From Anaeromyxobacteraceae bacterium (GTDB taxonomy: Bacteria > Myxococcota > Myxococcia > Myxococcales > Anaeromyxobacteraceae): 64,000 nt of DNA. The notes below the pieces were generated by a model that was given only the letters and a program-made list of their open reading frames with translations, ran no database searches and had not been told where the DNA came from. Of this stretch, positions 33,364-42,656 are shown piece after piece; the stretch's first letter is position 1; each line of letters starts with the position of its first letter. The stretch spans positions 96,001 through 160,000 of the forward strand of contig JAULAX010000013.1 in the NCBI GenBank assembly GCA_032654565.1, written 5' to 3'. The position numbers and the translations under genes were made by a program.

Positions 33364-34293
33364 ATGAGAATCGCCGAGGACATCACCCGGCTCATCGGCA
33401 ACACGCCGCTGGTCCGGCTCAACCGGATCACCGCCGGCGCCCGGGCCACGGTGGTGGCCAAGCTGGAGAGCTTCAACCCGGCCTCCAGCGTCAAGGACCG
33501 GATCGGCGTCGCCATGATCGAGGCGGCCGAGCGGGCCGGGAAGATCAGGCCGGACACCATCCTGGTCGAGCCGACCAGCGGCAACACCGGCATCGGCCTG
33601 GCCCTGGCCGCCGCCGCCCGCGGCTACCGGCTGGTGCTCACCATGCCCGAGACCATGTCGGTGGAGCGCCGCCGCATCGTCACCGCGCTGGGGGCCGAGC
33701 TGATCCTCACCCCGGGGCCGGAGGGGATGAAGGGGGCCATCGCCCGGGCCACGGCGCTGGCGGCCGCCGACCCCCGCTACCTGCTGCTGCAGCAGTTCGA
33801 CAACCCGGCCAACCCGGAGATCCACCGGCGCACCACCGCCGAGGAGATCTGGCGCGACACCGACGGGAAGGTCGACCTCTTCGTGGCCGGCACCGGCACC
33901 GGCGGCACCATCACCGGGGTGGGCGAGGTGCTCAAGGCGCGCAACCCCGCCATCCGGGTGATCGCCGCCGAGCCCGCCGACTCGCCGGTCCTCTCCGGCG
34001 GCAAGCCCGGCCCGCACAAGATCCAGGGCTGGGGGCCGGGCTTCGTCCCCGGCGTGCTCAACCGCGCGGTCATCGACGAGGTCATCGCCGTCGGCAACGA
34101 CGACGCCGGCGTCATGGCCCGCCGGCTCTCCAGGGAGGAGGGGATCCTCTCCGGGATCTCCTGCGGCGGCGCCGCCTGGGCGGCCCTGCAGGTGGCCCAC
34201 CGCCCCGAGAACGCCGGCAAGCTGCTGGTGGTGGTGCTGCCCGACAGCGGCGAGCGCTACCTCTCCACCTGGCTGTACGAGGAGCAGAAGTGA
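33364..34293 (+). CDS. cysK: Cysteine synthase A
   Basis: [44 protein letters not shown]. Confidence 0.96.
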   Translation: MRIAEDITRLIGNTPLVRLNRITAGARATVVAKLESFNPASSVKDRIGVAMIEAAERAGKIRPDTILVEPTSGNTGIGLALAAAARGYRLVLTMPETMSVERRRIVTALGAELILTPGPEGMKGAIARATALAAADPRYLLLQQFDNPANPEIHRRTTAEEIWRDTDGKVDLFVAGTGTGGTITGVGEVLKARNPAIRVIAAEPADSPVLSGGKPGPHKIQGWGPGFVPGVLNRAVIDEVIAVGNDDAGVMARRLSREEGILSGISCGGAAWAALQVAHRPENAGKLLVVVLPDSGERYLSTWLYEEQK

Positions 34294-35219
34294 GCACACC
34301 CAAGCACACCGGCTCCACCCCCCCCGACCTCCGCGCCGTCGTCGACCAGCTGGCGGCCGGCGCCTCGCTGCTGACCGGGTTCCCCGGGGGGCGCGCCATC
34401 CTGCCCTCCCGCGACGCCGTCATCCAGATCGTCGAGGAGCTGCGCTCGGTCTTCTTCCCCGGCTACTTCGGCACCTCCGACGTCCGGGCCGAGGCGCTCC
34501 ACTTCTACCTGGGGGCGACGCTGGAGCGCGCCCTGCAGGGGCTGGAGGAGCAGGTGCGGCGCGCCTTCGCCTTCTTCGCGCGCCACGACTACCACCAGTG
34601 CGCCCACTGCGCCGAGGAGTCGCGCCGGGTGGCGGCCGAGTTCCTGTCCGGGGTGGTGGAGATCCAGCGGCTGGTCCGGTCCGACGTCGAGGCGGCCTAC
34701 GAGGGGGACCCGGCGCTGAAGACCCGCGACGAGGCCATCTTCGCCTACCCCGGGGTCTTCGCCATCACCAACCAGCGCATCGCCCACCGGCTCCACGTGC
34801 TGGGGGTGCCGCTGATCCCGCGCATCATCACCGAGTACGCCAGCACCGTGACCGGCATCGACATCCACCCCGGGGCCCGCATCGGCGAGCGGCTCTTCAT
34901 CGACCACGGCACCGGCGTGGTGGTGGGCGAGACCGCGGTCCTGGGCGCCCGGGTCCGGCTCTACCAGGGGGTCACCCTGGGGGCCAAGAGCTTCCCGCTC
35001 GACGAGCACGGCAAGCCCATCAAGGGTATCGACCGCCACCCCATCGTCGAGGACGACGTGGTCATCTACTCCGGGGCCACCATCCTCGGCCGCATCGTCA
35101 TCGGCAAGGGCTCCTCGATCGGCGGCAACGTCTGGCTGACCCAGCCGGTGCCGCCCAACAGCCGCATCACCCAGGCCGAGCTCCGGGACACCCGGTTCTC
35201 CTTCGGCGGGGGCATCTGA
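34290..35219 (+). CDS. cysE: Serine O-acetyltransferase (CysE/EpsC type)
   Basis: [45 protein letters not shown]; coupled to cysK. Confidence 0.93.
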   Translation: MSTPKHTGSTPPDLRAVVDQLAAGASLLTGFPGGRAILPSRDAVIQIVEELRSVFFPGYFGTSDVRAEALHFYLGATLERALQGLEEQVRRAFAFFARHDYHQCAHCAEESRRVAAEFLSGVVEIQRLVRSDVEAAYEGDPALKTRDEAIFAYPGVFAITNQRIAHRLHVLGVPLIPRIITEYASTVTGIDIHPGARIGERLFIDHGTGVVVGETAVLGARVRLYQGVTLGAKSFPLDEHGKPIKGIDRHPIVEDDVVIYSGATILGRIVIGKGSSIGGNVWLTQPVPPNSRITQAELRDTRFSFGGGI

Positions 35220-35269
35220 CCGTCGCTGGCGGGGGCGCCGCCCGGCGGGCCCCGTCGAAAGGACACCCC

Positions 35270-35863
35270 GTGGCCCACCACCCCTGGCACGACGTCGAGC
35301 TCCCCCGCTACCTGGAGGACGCCATCCCGGCGGTCATCGAGATCGCCACCGGCTCCAAGGTGAAGTACGAGCTGGACAAGTCGACCGGCCTGCTGCTGGT
35401 GGACCGCATCCTCTTCTCGGCGGTCCACTACCCGGCCAACTACGGCTTCGTGCCGCAGACCTACTGCGACGACGGCGACCCGCTCGACATCCTGGTGCTC
35501 TGCTCCGAGGTGATCCAGCCGCTCTCCATCATGCGCGCCAAGGTGATCGGCGTCATGAAGATGCGCGACGACAAGGGGCTGGACGACAAGCTCATCGCCG
35601 TGCACGCCGACGACCCCAACTACGCCGACTACTCCGACGTCTCCGAGCTGCCGCCGCACCGGCTCCGCGAGCTGCGCCGCTTCTTCGAGGACTACAAGGC
35701 GCTGGAGAACAAGAAGGTGGTGGTGAGCGAGCCGCAGGGGCGCTCCACGGCGCTGCAGGTGCTGCGCGACGCCATGAAGCTCTACGAGTCGGAGAAGGAC
35801 CGGCTCAAGGGCAGGCCGGCGACCCCGGCCCGCAAGGCGGCGAAGAGGCCGAAGCGGCGCTGA
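35270..35863 (+). CDS. ppa: Inorganic pyrophosphatase, family I
   Basis: [44 protein letters not shown]. Confidence 0.95.
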   Translation: MAHHPWHDVELPRYLEDAIPAVIEIATGSKVKYELDKSTGLLLVDRILFSAVHYPANYGFVPQTYCDDGDPLDILVLCSEVIQPLSIMRAKVIGVMKMRDDKGLDDKLIAVHADDPNYADYSDVSELPPHRLRELRRFFEDYKALENKKVVVSEPQGRSTALQVLRDAMKLYESEKDRLKGRPATPARKAAKRPKRR

Positions 35864-35893
35864 CCCGGCCGCGGCGCCCCGGCCGCCGCACTC

Positions 35894-36511
35894 CTACCAG
35901 TCGGCGACCAGGCCGATGCCCATGGTGATCGACCAGCCGCCGGCCCGCCAGAGCTGGTCGGCCACCAGGTCGGTGGCGGTGCCGAGGTCGTGGCGCCAGG
36001 CCAGCGTCACCTCGACGCGGTCGGTCCGGCCGGCCGGGTTCCTCATGCCGGTGGCGGCCCGCCCCACCAGCCCGGCGTAGGCGAGATCGGCGTCGCCCCG
36101 CCACTGGTCGGGGCCGTGGCCGGCGAAGTGGGTGTAGCGGCGCCAGCCCAGCTCCCCGGCCAGCGAGAGCCGCCAGCGCTCCCCGGCGGCCCCGGTGATC
36201 CCGGCCGAGCCGCCCAGCACGGTGGTGGTGGGGGGGCGGAAGGAGAAGAGCGAGAGCAGGTCGATGAGCTGCCGCCCCTCGTAGCTCAGGCCGGCCTCCA
36301 GCATCCGGTAGCGGAGGCCGGCGGCCACGCCCAGCACCAGGTAGCAGGGGTTGGCGCCGCGCAGGTCGGTGCCGGGGACCGAGCCGCGGTCGCAGTAGCC
36401 GGTGCCGACGGAGACGTGGAGCGCCGGGGTGAGGGGGGCGGCGGGCTGGAGTGCGGCGGCGTCGGGGCCGGCGGCGGCGAGCAGCAGCGCGGCGAGGGCG
36501 GCGGTGACCAT
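35894..36511 (-). CDS. Hypothetical secreted protein, possibly a small outer-membrane beta-barrel
   Basis: Signal-like N-terminus, alternating amphipathic strands, terminal aromatic residue (W). Confidence 0.6.
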   Translation of the reverse strand: MVTAALAALLLAAAGPDAAALQPAAPLTPALHVSVGTGYCDRGSVPGTDLRGANPCYLVLGVAAGLRYRMLEAGLSYEGRQLIDLLSLFSFRPPTTTVLGGSAGITGAAGERWRLSLAGELGWRRYTHFAGHGPDQWRGDADLAYAGLVGRAATGMRNPAGRTDRVEVTLAWRHDLGTATDLVADQLWRAGGWSITMGIGLVADW

Positions 36512-36640
36512 GCGGGGCCCACCTTACACCGGGCGCGGTGGGCCCGGCCCGGCCTGCTGGGGTGTGACCCCGAGGCCCGGCGCGCGCGCCGCGGCCGTTG
36601 CCTTGGTGACCTCGGAGGCCCGGGGTAGACTCGCCTCCCC

Positions 36641-38470
36641 GTGACCCGCCGCCGCCACGCCAGCGAGTTCAACCTCGAGTTCGTCGCCGAGATCCTGGCC
36701 CGGCAGGGGCTGATCTCCGACGACGCCCGCAAGACCGCGGCCGCCCGCGAGAACGTGCAGCGGGCCCGGCTGCTGCGGGAGCAGGCCACCCGCGCCGGGG
36801 GGAGGGGGCTGCGGCGCGCCGAGCTCTCGCCCATCGAGCTGCTGGCCAGCTTCGCCTTCCCCGACCTGCGGCGCGACGGCGAGCTGGTCGACGAGGACAA
36901 GGCCACCGCGGTGCTGGCCGAGGCGGTGGGGATGCCCTACCGCAAGATCGACCCGCTCAAGCTCGACGCCAGCCTCATCACCCGCACCCTCTCCCGACCC
37001 TTCGCCCGGCGGCACGCGGTGCTGGCGCTGGAGCGGCGCGGGGCGGTGCTGGTGGTGGCCACCGCCAACCCCTTCGACCGGGAGCTGTTCGAGAACCTGC
37101 GCGGGCTGACCGGCCTGGAGATCGAGCCGGTGCTGGCGGCGCCGTCGGACATCCACCGGGCCATCGCCGAGGTCTACGGCTTCCGGGCCCAGGTCTCCGA
37201 GGCCCAGGTGCAGCTCGGCGTCGCCGGCATCGACGTCGGCAACCTGGAGCAGTTCGTCAACCTCTCCGGGGTCGACGCCCTGGAGGCCTCCAGCGAGCCC
37301 GTCATCGCCGCCGTGGAGTACCTGCTCCACTACGCCTTCGAGCAGCGGGCCAGCGACATCCACCTCGAGCCGCGGCGCGAGGAGTCGATCATCCGCATGC
37401 GCATCGACGGCGTCCTCCACCCGGTCCACCGCATCCCCAAGGGGGTGCACGGCGCCATCGCCAACCGCTTCAAGATCATGGCCCGGCTCGACATCGCCTC
37501 CCGCAAGCCGCAGGACGGCCGCATCCGCACCGCGCGGGGCGACGCCGAGATGGAGCTGCGCGTCTCCACCATCCCCACCACCTTCGGCGACAAGATCGTG
37601 GTGCGGGTCCTCGATCCCAGCGTGCTGGTGCGCGACCTCTCCGAGCTGGGGTTCCTGCCCGAGGAGCGGGAGACCTTCGAGCGCTGGCTGCTCCGGCCCC
37701 ACGGGCTGATCGTGGTCACCGGCCCCACCGGCTCGGGCAAGACCACCACCCTCTACTCGGCGCTGCAGGCGCTGGCCTCGCCGGAGGTCAACGTGGTGAC
37801 CATCGAGGATCCCATCGAGATGGTCCACGAGGACTTCAACCAGATCGCCGCCAACCCGCGCACCGGCACCAGCTTCGCCGAGGCGCTGCGCCACGTGCTC
37901 CGCCAGGACCCCGACGTGATCATGGTCGGCGAGGTCCGCGACGCCGACACCGCCACCCAGGCGGTGCAGGCGGCGCTCACCGGCCACCTGGTGCTCACCA
38001 CCCTCCACACCAACGACGCGGTGGGGGCCATCGCCCGGCTCCGCGACCTGGGCGTGCCCAGCTTCCTCATCGCCGCCACCCTCACCGGGGTGGTGGCGCA
38101 GCGGCTGGTCCGCCAGGTCTGCCCGTCCTGCGCCGAGGACGTCCCGCTCACCGCCGACGAGGTGGCCGGGCTGGGCGTGTCCCACCCCGAGGACCACGCC
38201 GGCGAGCTGCTGGCGCGGCGCGGTCCGGGCTGCGCCAAGTGCCGCTACACCGGCTACTTCGGCCGGGCCGGGCTCTTCGAGATCCTCGCCGTCAACGCCC
38301 GGCTCCGCCACCTCATCGCCGACGGGGCCACCCCCGAGACCCTGGTCCGCACCGCGCGCCAGGACGGCCTGAAGAGCCTGCGCGAGCACGCCGTCCAGAA
38401 GGTGGCGGCCGGGGTGACCTCCTACGAGGAGGCCATGCGCGCCACCGCCGACGTGGAGGGGACGCCGTGA
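36641..38470 (+). CDS. GspE/PilB-family secretion/pilus ATPase
   Basis: ASDIHLEP, RIDG, PQDGR, GPTGSGKT, TIEDPIE, LRQDPDVIMVGE, TGHLVLTTLHTN, CxxC...CxxC zinc site. Confidence 0.93.
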   Translation: MTRRRHASEFNLEFVAEILARQGLISDDARKTAAARENVQRARLLREQATRAGGRGLRRAELSPIELLASFAFPDLRRDGELVDEDKATAVLAEAVGMPYRKIDPLKLDASLITRTLSRPFARRHAVLALERRGAVLVVATANPFDRELFENLRGLTGLEIEPVLAAPSDIHRAIAEVYGFRAQVSEAQVQLGVAGIDVGNLEQFVNLSGVDALEASSEPVIAAVEYLLHYAFEQRASDIHLEPRREESIIRMRIDGVLHPVHRIPKGVHGAIANRFKIMARLDIASRKPQDGRIRTARGDAEMELRVSTIPTTFGDKIVVRVLDPSVLVRDLSELGFLPEERETFERWLLRPHGLIVVTGPTGSGKTTTLYSALQALASPEVNVVTIEDPIEMVHEDFNQIAANPRTGTSFAEALRHVLRQDPDVIMVGEVRDADTATQAVQAALTGHLVLTTLHTNDAVGAIARLRDLGVPSFLIAATLTGVVAQRLVRQVCPSCAEDVPLTADEVAGLGVSHPEDHAGELLARRGPGCAKCRYTGYFGRAGLFEILAVNARLRHLIADGATPETLVRTARQDGLKSLREHAVQKVAAGVTSYEEAMRATADVEGTP

Positions 38471-39959
38471 CCGACGTGGCCACCCAGCTGGCCGGGCTCT
38501 GGTCGTCGGGCTCGCCCATCATCTACCTGGTCACCTCGGAGGAGGAGCGGGCGATGGCGCTGGCCCGCGCCGCCGCCGAGGGGTTCGACGCCCCGTGCGC
38601 CACCTGGTCCTCGCACCGCGGGCTGGTGCCGCAGGCGCCCCACGCCCGCTCGCCCATCGAGGCCCTCGACGCCCTGCTGGCCGCCCCCGGGCCGCTGCTG
38701 GCGGTGCTGCTCGACTTCCACCTGGCGCTGCGCGACCCGGCGGTGGCCCGCGCCGTCCGCGACGCGCTCCCCCGGCTGGCGGCCGAGGGGCGCTGCCTGC
38801 TGATCGTGGCGCCCCGGCTGGAGCTGCCCGACGGCCTGGCCGAGGCGGCGGCGGTGCTGCGGCTGCCGCTCCCCGGGCTGGGCGAGCTGGGGGCGGTGCT
38901 GGAGCAGGTGCGCCACGCCACCGGCGCGGCCGAGGCCGGCGCCGAAGCGCGCCACCGGGCCCTGACCGCGGCGCGCGGCTTCACCGAGGGGCAGGCCCGC
39001 CGGGCCTTCACCCGGGCGGTGCGCGAGGACCCGGCGCTGGGCGAGGCCGCCCAGGCCACCATCCTGGTGGAGAAGCGCCGCCTGCTGGCCCGGGACCTCG
39101 GCCTCGAGGTGGTGGAGACCACCGAGGCGGCCGAGCACCTCGGCGGGCTCTCCAGCTTCAAGGCCTGGCTGGCGGAGCGGGCCCTGGCCTTCGCCCCGGG
39201 GGCGGAGCGCTTCGGCCTGCCGGCGCCGCGCGGCGTGCTGCTGGTGGGCGTGCAGGGGTGCGGCAAGTCGCTGGCCGCCAAGGTGGCGGCGGCGCAGCTG
39301 GGGGTGCCGCTGGTCCGGCTCGACCTGCCGCGGGTGCTGGGGCGGGAGGGGGCGGAGGAGAGCCTGGCGGCGGCGCTGGAGGCGGCCGAGGCCATCTCGC
39401 CGGTGGCGCTCTGGGTCGACGAGATCGAGAAGGGGTTCGCCGGCAGCGCCCCCGGGCAGGGGGGCGAGGCCCGCGCCGCCCGGCTGCTGGGGGCCTTCTC
39501 CACCTGGCTGCAGGAGCGGCAGGGCTCGGTCTTCGTGGTGGCCACCGCCAACGACGTCACCCGCCTGCCCCCCGAGCTGCTGCGGCGCGGCCGCTTCGAC
39601 GAGCTCTTCTTCGTCGACCTGCCCGACCTGGCGGCGCGGCGCGAGATCCTGGCGCTCCACCTGCGGCGGCGCAGCCGGATCCGGAGTCCCTCGACCTGGC
39701 GGCGCTGGCCGACCTCTGCGCCGACTTCTCCGGCGCCGAGCTGGAGCAGGTGGTGGTGGGCGGCCTGCACCGGGCCTTCGCCCTCTCGCGCCAGCTGGAG
39801 ACCGCCGACCTGCGGCGGGTGGCCCAGGACCTGGTGCCGCTCTTCCGCACCTACGAGGAGCAGATCAAGGCGCTGCGCGAGTGGGCCCGGGGCCGGGCCC
39901 GGGTGGCCGGGCGCTCCGGCGCCGTGGTCGACCTGTTCCGGCGGGCGCCCAAGGGCTGA
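38467..39959 (+). CDS. Ycf46-like AAA+ ATPase, with a -1 frameshift near 39677
   Basis: [11 protein letters not shown]-domain, [42 protein letters not shown]; adding one G at 39677-39678 restores RDPESLDL...FSGAELEQ...LREWA. Confidence 0.88.
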
Positions 39960-40067
39960 GCGGCCGCCGCTCCGGGCACCACGCTCTGCTCGGCCATCCC
40001 CGGCTCGGTGGTGGCCGGGCGGCGGGTCTTCAGCGTCACCGTCGGCGAGCAGCGCCCGGCCGGCCGG

Positions 40068-40853
40068 TCAGGGCCGCAGGACGTCCAGCACGTGCCGGTG
40101 CACCAGGCCGTTGGAGGCCACGCAGGCGCCGCGGGTGTGGGTGACGTTCCCCTCGAGGTCGGTGAAGCGGCCGCCCGCCTCCTCGATCAGGATCTTGAGC
40201 GGGGCGATGTCCCAGACCTGCACCCCGGCCTCGACGAAGGCCTCGGCCCGCCCGGTCAGCACCATGGCGCAGCCGGCCAGGTCGCCGTAGCCGCGAGCCT
40301 GGGCCGCGGTGACCGTCAGCTGGTTGACCTGGGCCCGGCGCTCCGGCGCCAGCAGGAACTTGAGCTCGCCGAGGGAGAGGGTGGCCTCCTCCCACGAGGC
40401 GATCCCCGACACCCGCAGCCGCTCCGGCGCCCCGGCCCCCACCTGCCGCCAGGCGCCGCGGCCGCGGGCCGCCCAGTAGAGCTCCCCCAGCGCCGGCATC
40501 CCCATGGCGCCGGCCAGCACCTCGCCGTCCACCTCGAAGGCCACCAGCGGCCCCCAGAAGCTGCCGCCGCGGGTGAAGCCGCGGGTGCCGTCGATGGGGT
40601 CGACGATCCAGCGGGCCCCGCTGCCGGCGTGGGCGCCCCCCTCCTCGCCGAGGATGGCGTGGCCGGGGAAGCGCTGGCGGACCACCGCCACGATGGCCGC
40701 CTCGGCCTCGCGGTCGGCCACCGTGACCGGGCTGCGATCCGGCTTGAGCTCGACGCGGACGCCGGCGCGGAAGTGGCGCATGGCGGCGGCGCCGCCGGCG
40801 TCGGCGGCCCGGCGGGCGGTCTCCATGGCGAGGTCGAGGTCGGGAGCGGTCAT
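40068..40853 (-). CDS. hisN: Inositol monophosphatase family protein, probable histidinol-phosphatase
   Basis: K.D.SPVTVADREAE, GEE, WIVDPIDGT, WDIAP, EAGGRFTD. Confidence 0.75.
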   Translation of the reverse strand: MTAPDLDLAMETARRAADAGGAAAMRHFRAGVRVELKPDRSPVTVADREAEAAIVAVVRQRFPGHAILGEEGGAHAGSGARWIVDPIDGTRGFTRGGSFWGPLVAFEVDGEVLAGAMGMPALGELYWAARGRGAWRQVGAGAPERLRVSGIASWEEATLSLGELKFLLAPERRAQVNQLTVTAAQARGYGDLAGCAMVLTGRAEAFVEAGVQVWDIAPLKILIEEAGGRFTDLEGNVTHTRGACVASNGLVHRHVLDVLRP

Positions 40854-40903
40854 GCGGCGCAGTCTAGCCGCTCGAGGCGCCGGCGGGTCGCGCCCGGGGG
40901 GGT

Positions 40904-40947
40904 GAAAAAGCGACGGCGGCCGCCCTGGGGGAGGGCGACCGCCGTCG
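40904..40947 (-). terminator. Intrinsic terminator of the CoA-transferase gene
   Basis: 16-bp stem CGACGGCGGTCGCCCT/AGGGCGGCCGCCGTCG followed by CTTTTT on the minus strand, just after the stop at 40971. Confidence 0.8.
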
Positions 40948-40970
40948 GTGCTGCGGGGGGTCCGGGGAGG

Positions 40971-42503
40971 CTACTTCTTCGGCCGCATGTCACCCGACTG
41001 CAGGTAGCGGGTGTGGAAGGCGAAGGCCTCGCTGAACATGTGCGGCGAGTGGAGGCCGGCGCTGGGGTTCTTCATGGCGCGCTTGTAGTAGTCCCAGAGG
41101 ATGGGACGGTACTCCGGGGCGGCCGCCTTCTCGATGATCTCCTTGGCCTTCTCCTTGGGGCTGCGGCCGCGCAGGTCGGCGAAGCCGTACTCGGTGACGA
41201 TGCCGGAGACGTCGTGCTCGGTGTGGTCGATGTGCGACGCGAAGGGCACGATGGCGGAGATCTTGCCGTCCTTGGCCGTGGCCGGGGACATGAAGATGGT
41301 GTAGGCGGAGTTGCGGGCGAAGTCACCCGAACCGCCGATGCCGTTCTCGATCCCCTTGCCGGCGATGTGGGTCGAGTTGACGTGGCCGTAGATGTCGGCC
41401 TCGACGAAGCCGTTCATGGCGATGCAGCCGAGGCGGCGGATGATCTCCGGGTTGTTGGAGATCTCCTGCGGGCGCAGGATGATCTGCTTCCGGTAGCGCT
41501 CGATGTCCTTGTTGAAGCGGACCTGCCCCTCGGGCGAGACCGAGAAGGCGGTGGCCGAGGCGGCCACCAGCTTGCCGGAGTCGAGCATGTCGAGCATGCC
41601 GTCCTGGATCACCTCGGTGTAGGAGATCATCCGGTCGAACGGCCCCTCGTTCAGCCCCACCAGCACGGCGTTGGCGATGTTGCCGACGCCCGACTGCAGC
41701 GGGTTGAGGTGCTTGGAGAGCCGGCCGGCCTTCACCTCGCCGTCGAAGAAGTCGAGGATGTGCCCGGCGATGCGCTTGTGCATCTCCTCGGGCGCCTTGA
41801 AGGCGGCGTTGCGGTCCGGGTAGGCGCTCTCGACCACCGCCACCACCTTGGAGGTGTCGAACTTCCAGACCTGCGAGCCCTTGCGGTCGTCGGCGGCGTT
41901 GATGGGGATGGCCACGCGCTTGCCGTGCTCGGCCGACACCGAGATGATGTCGTGCATCCCCTCGAGCCGCTCGTCCTGCCAGGAGTTGACCTCGAGGATG
42001 ATCTTGTCGGCGTGCTCCAGGTAGACGTTGTTGGCGCCGCACGACGACGAGGGCACGCAGGTGCCGTCCTCGTTGATCTTGGTGACCTCGATGAGGCAGA
42101 AGTCGAGGTTGTTCTTGCCCTTGCCGTAGAAGCCGTAGCGGACCAGCGTGCCCGCGTGGCTCAAGTGCATGTCCTGGTACTCGATGAGCCCGGCGTTGAT
42201 CTTCTCGCGGGTGGCGGCGTCGCCCTGGTAGGGGAAGCGGAAGCGCGAGGCCTCCACCGTGGACATCATGGTGTCCTGCTCCGGGCCGGTCGAGGCGCCG
42301 GTGAGGACGTCGAACTTGAGGGCCTTGCCCTTGAGCTTCTCGTCGAGGGCCCGCTTGGCGAGCGCGATGGGCACCGCCTTGGGGTAGCCGGCGCCGGTGA
42401 AGCCGGACATGCCGATGACGGAGCCGTTGGGGATGAGTGCAGCGGCGGCCTCGGCCGACATCACCTTCGCCTTGAGCGCCTTGTTGAGAATCCGGTCAGC
42501 CAT
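40971..42503 (-). CDS. Acetyl-CoA hydrolase / succinyl-CoA:acetate CoA-transferase family protein
   Basis: SGFTGAGYPKAVP, TGASTG, D.HLS, LQSGVGNIANAV, YTEVIQD, RPQEISN, NGIGGSGDF; GAGGAGG RBS. Confidence 0.93.
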   Translation of the reverse strand: MADRILNKALKAKVMSAEAAAALIPNGSVIGMSGFTGAGYPKAVPIALAKRALDEKLKGKALKFDVLTGASTGPEQDTMMSTVEASRFRFPYQGDAATREKINAGLIEYQDMHLSHAGTLVRYGFYGKGKNNLDFCLIEVTKINEDGTCVPSSSCGANNVYLEHADKIILEVNSWQDERLEGMHDIISVSAEHGKRVAIPINAADDRKGSQVWKFDTSKVVAVVESAYPDRNAAFKAPEEMHKRIAGHILDFFDGEVKAGRLSKHLNPLQSGVGNIANAVLVGLNEGPFDRMISYTEVIQDGMLDMLDSGKLVAASATAFSVSPEGQVRFNKDIERYRKQIILRPQEISNNPEIIRRLGCIAMNGFVEADIYGHVNSTHIAGKGIENGIGGSGDFARNSAYTIFMSPATAKDGKISAIVPFASHIDHTEHDVSGIVTEYGFADLRGRSPKEKAKEIIEKAAAPEYRPILWDYYKRAMKNPSAGLHSPHMFSEAFAFHTRYLQSGDMRPKK

Positions 42504-42656
42504 CGGTTGAGCCTCCTCGGTGGTCCCCCCTGGGGTGTTCCGGGGGGGGAGAATGGGGGAGCGGTGCGGGGGGCAACGCCCATGCTTCGCGGGAAGCGAG
42601 AGAGTAGTCGAGAGCGCGCACTTCTTGGAAGCGCGGATCGCTCGATCGCTGCGATT

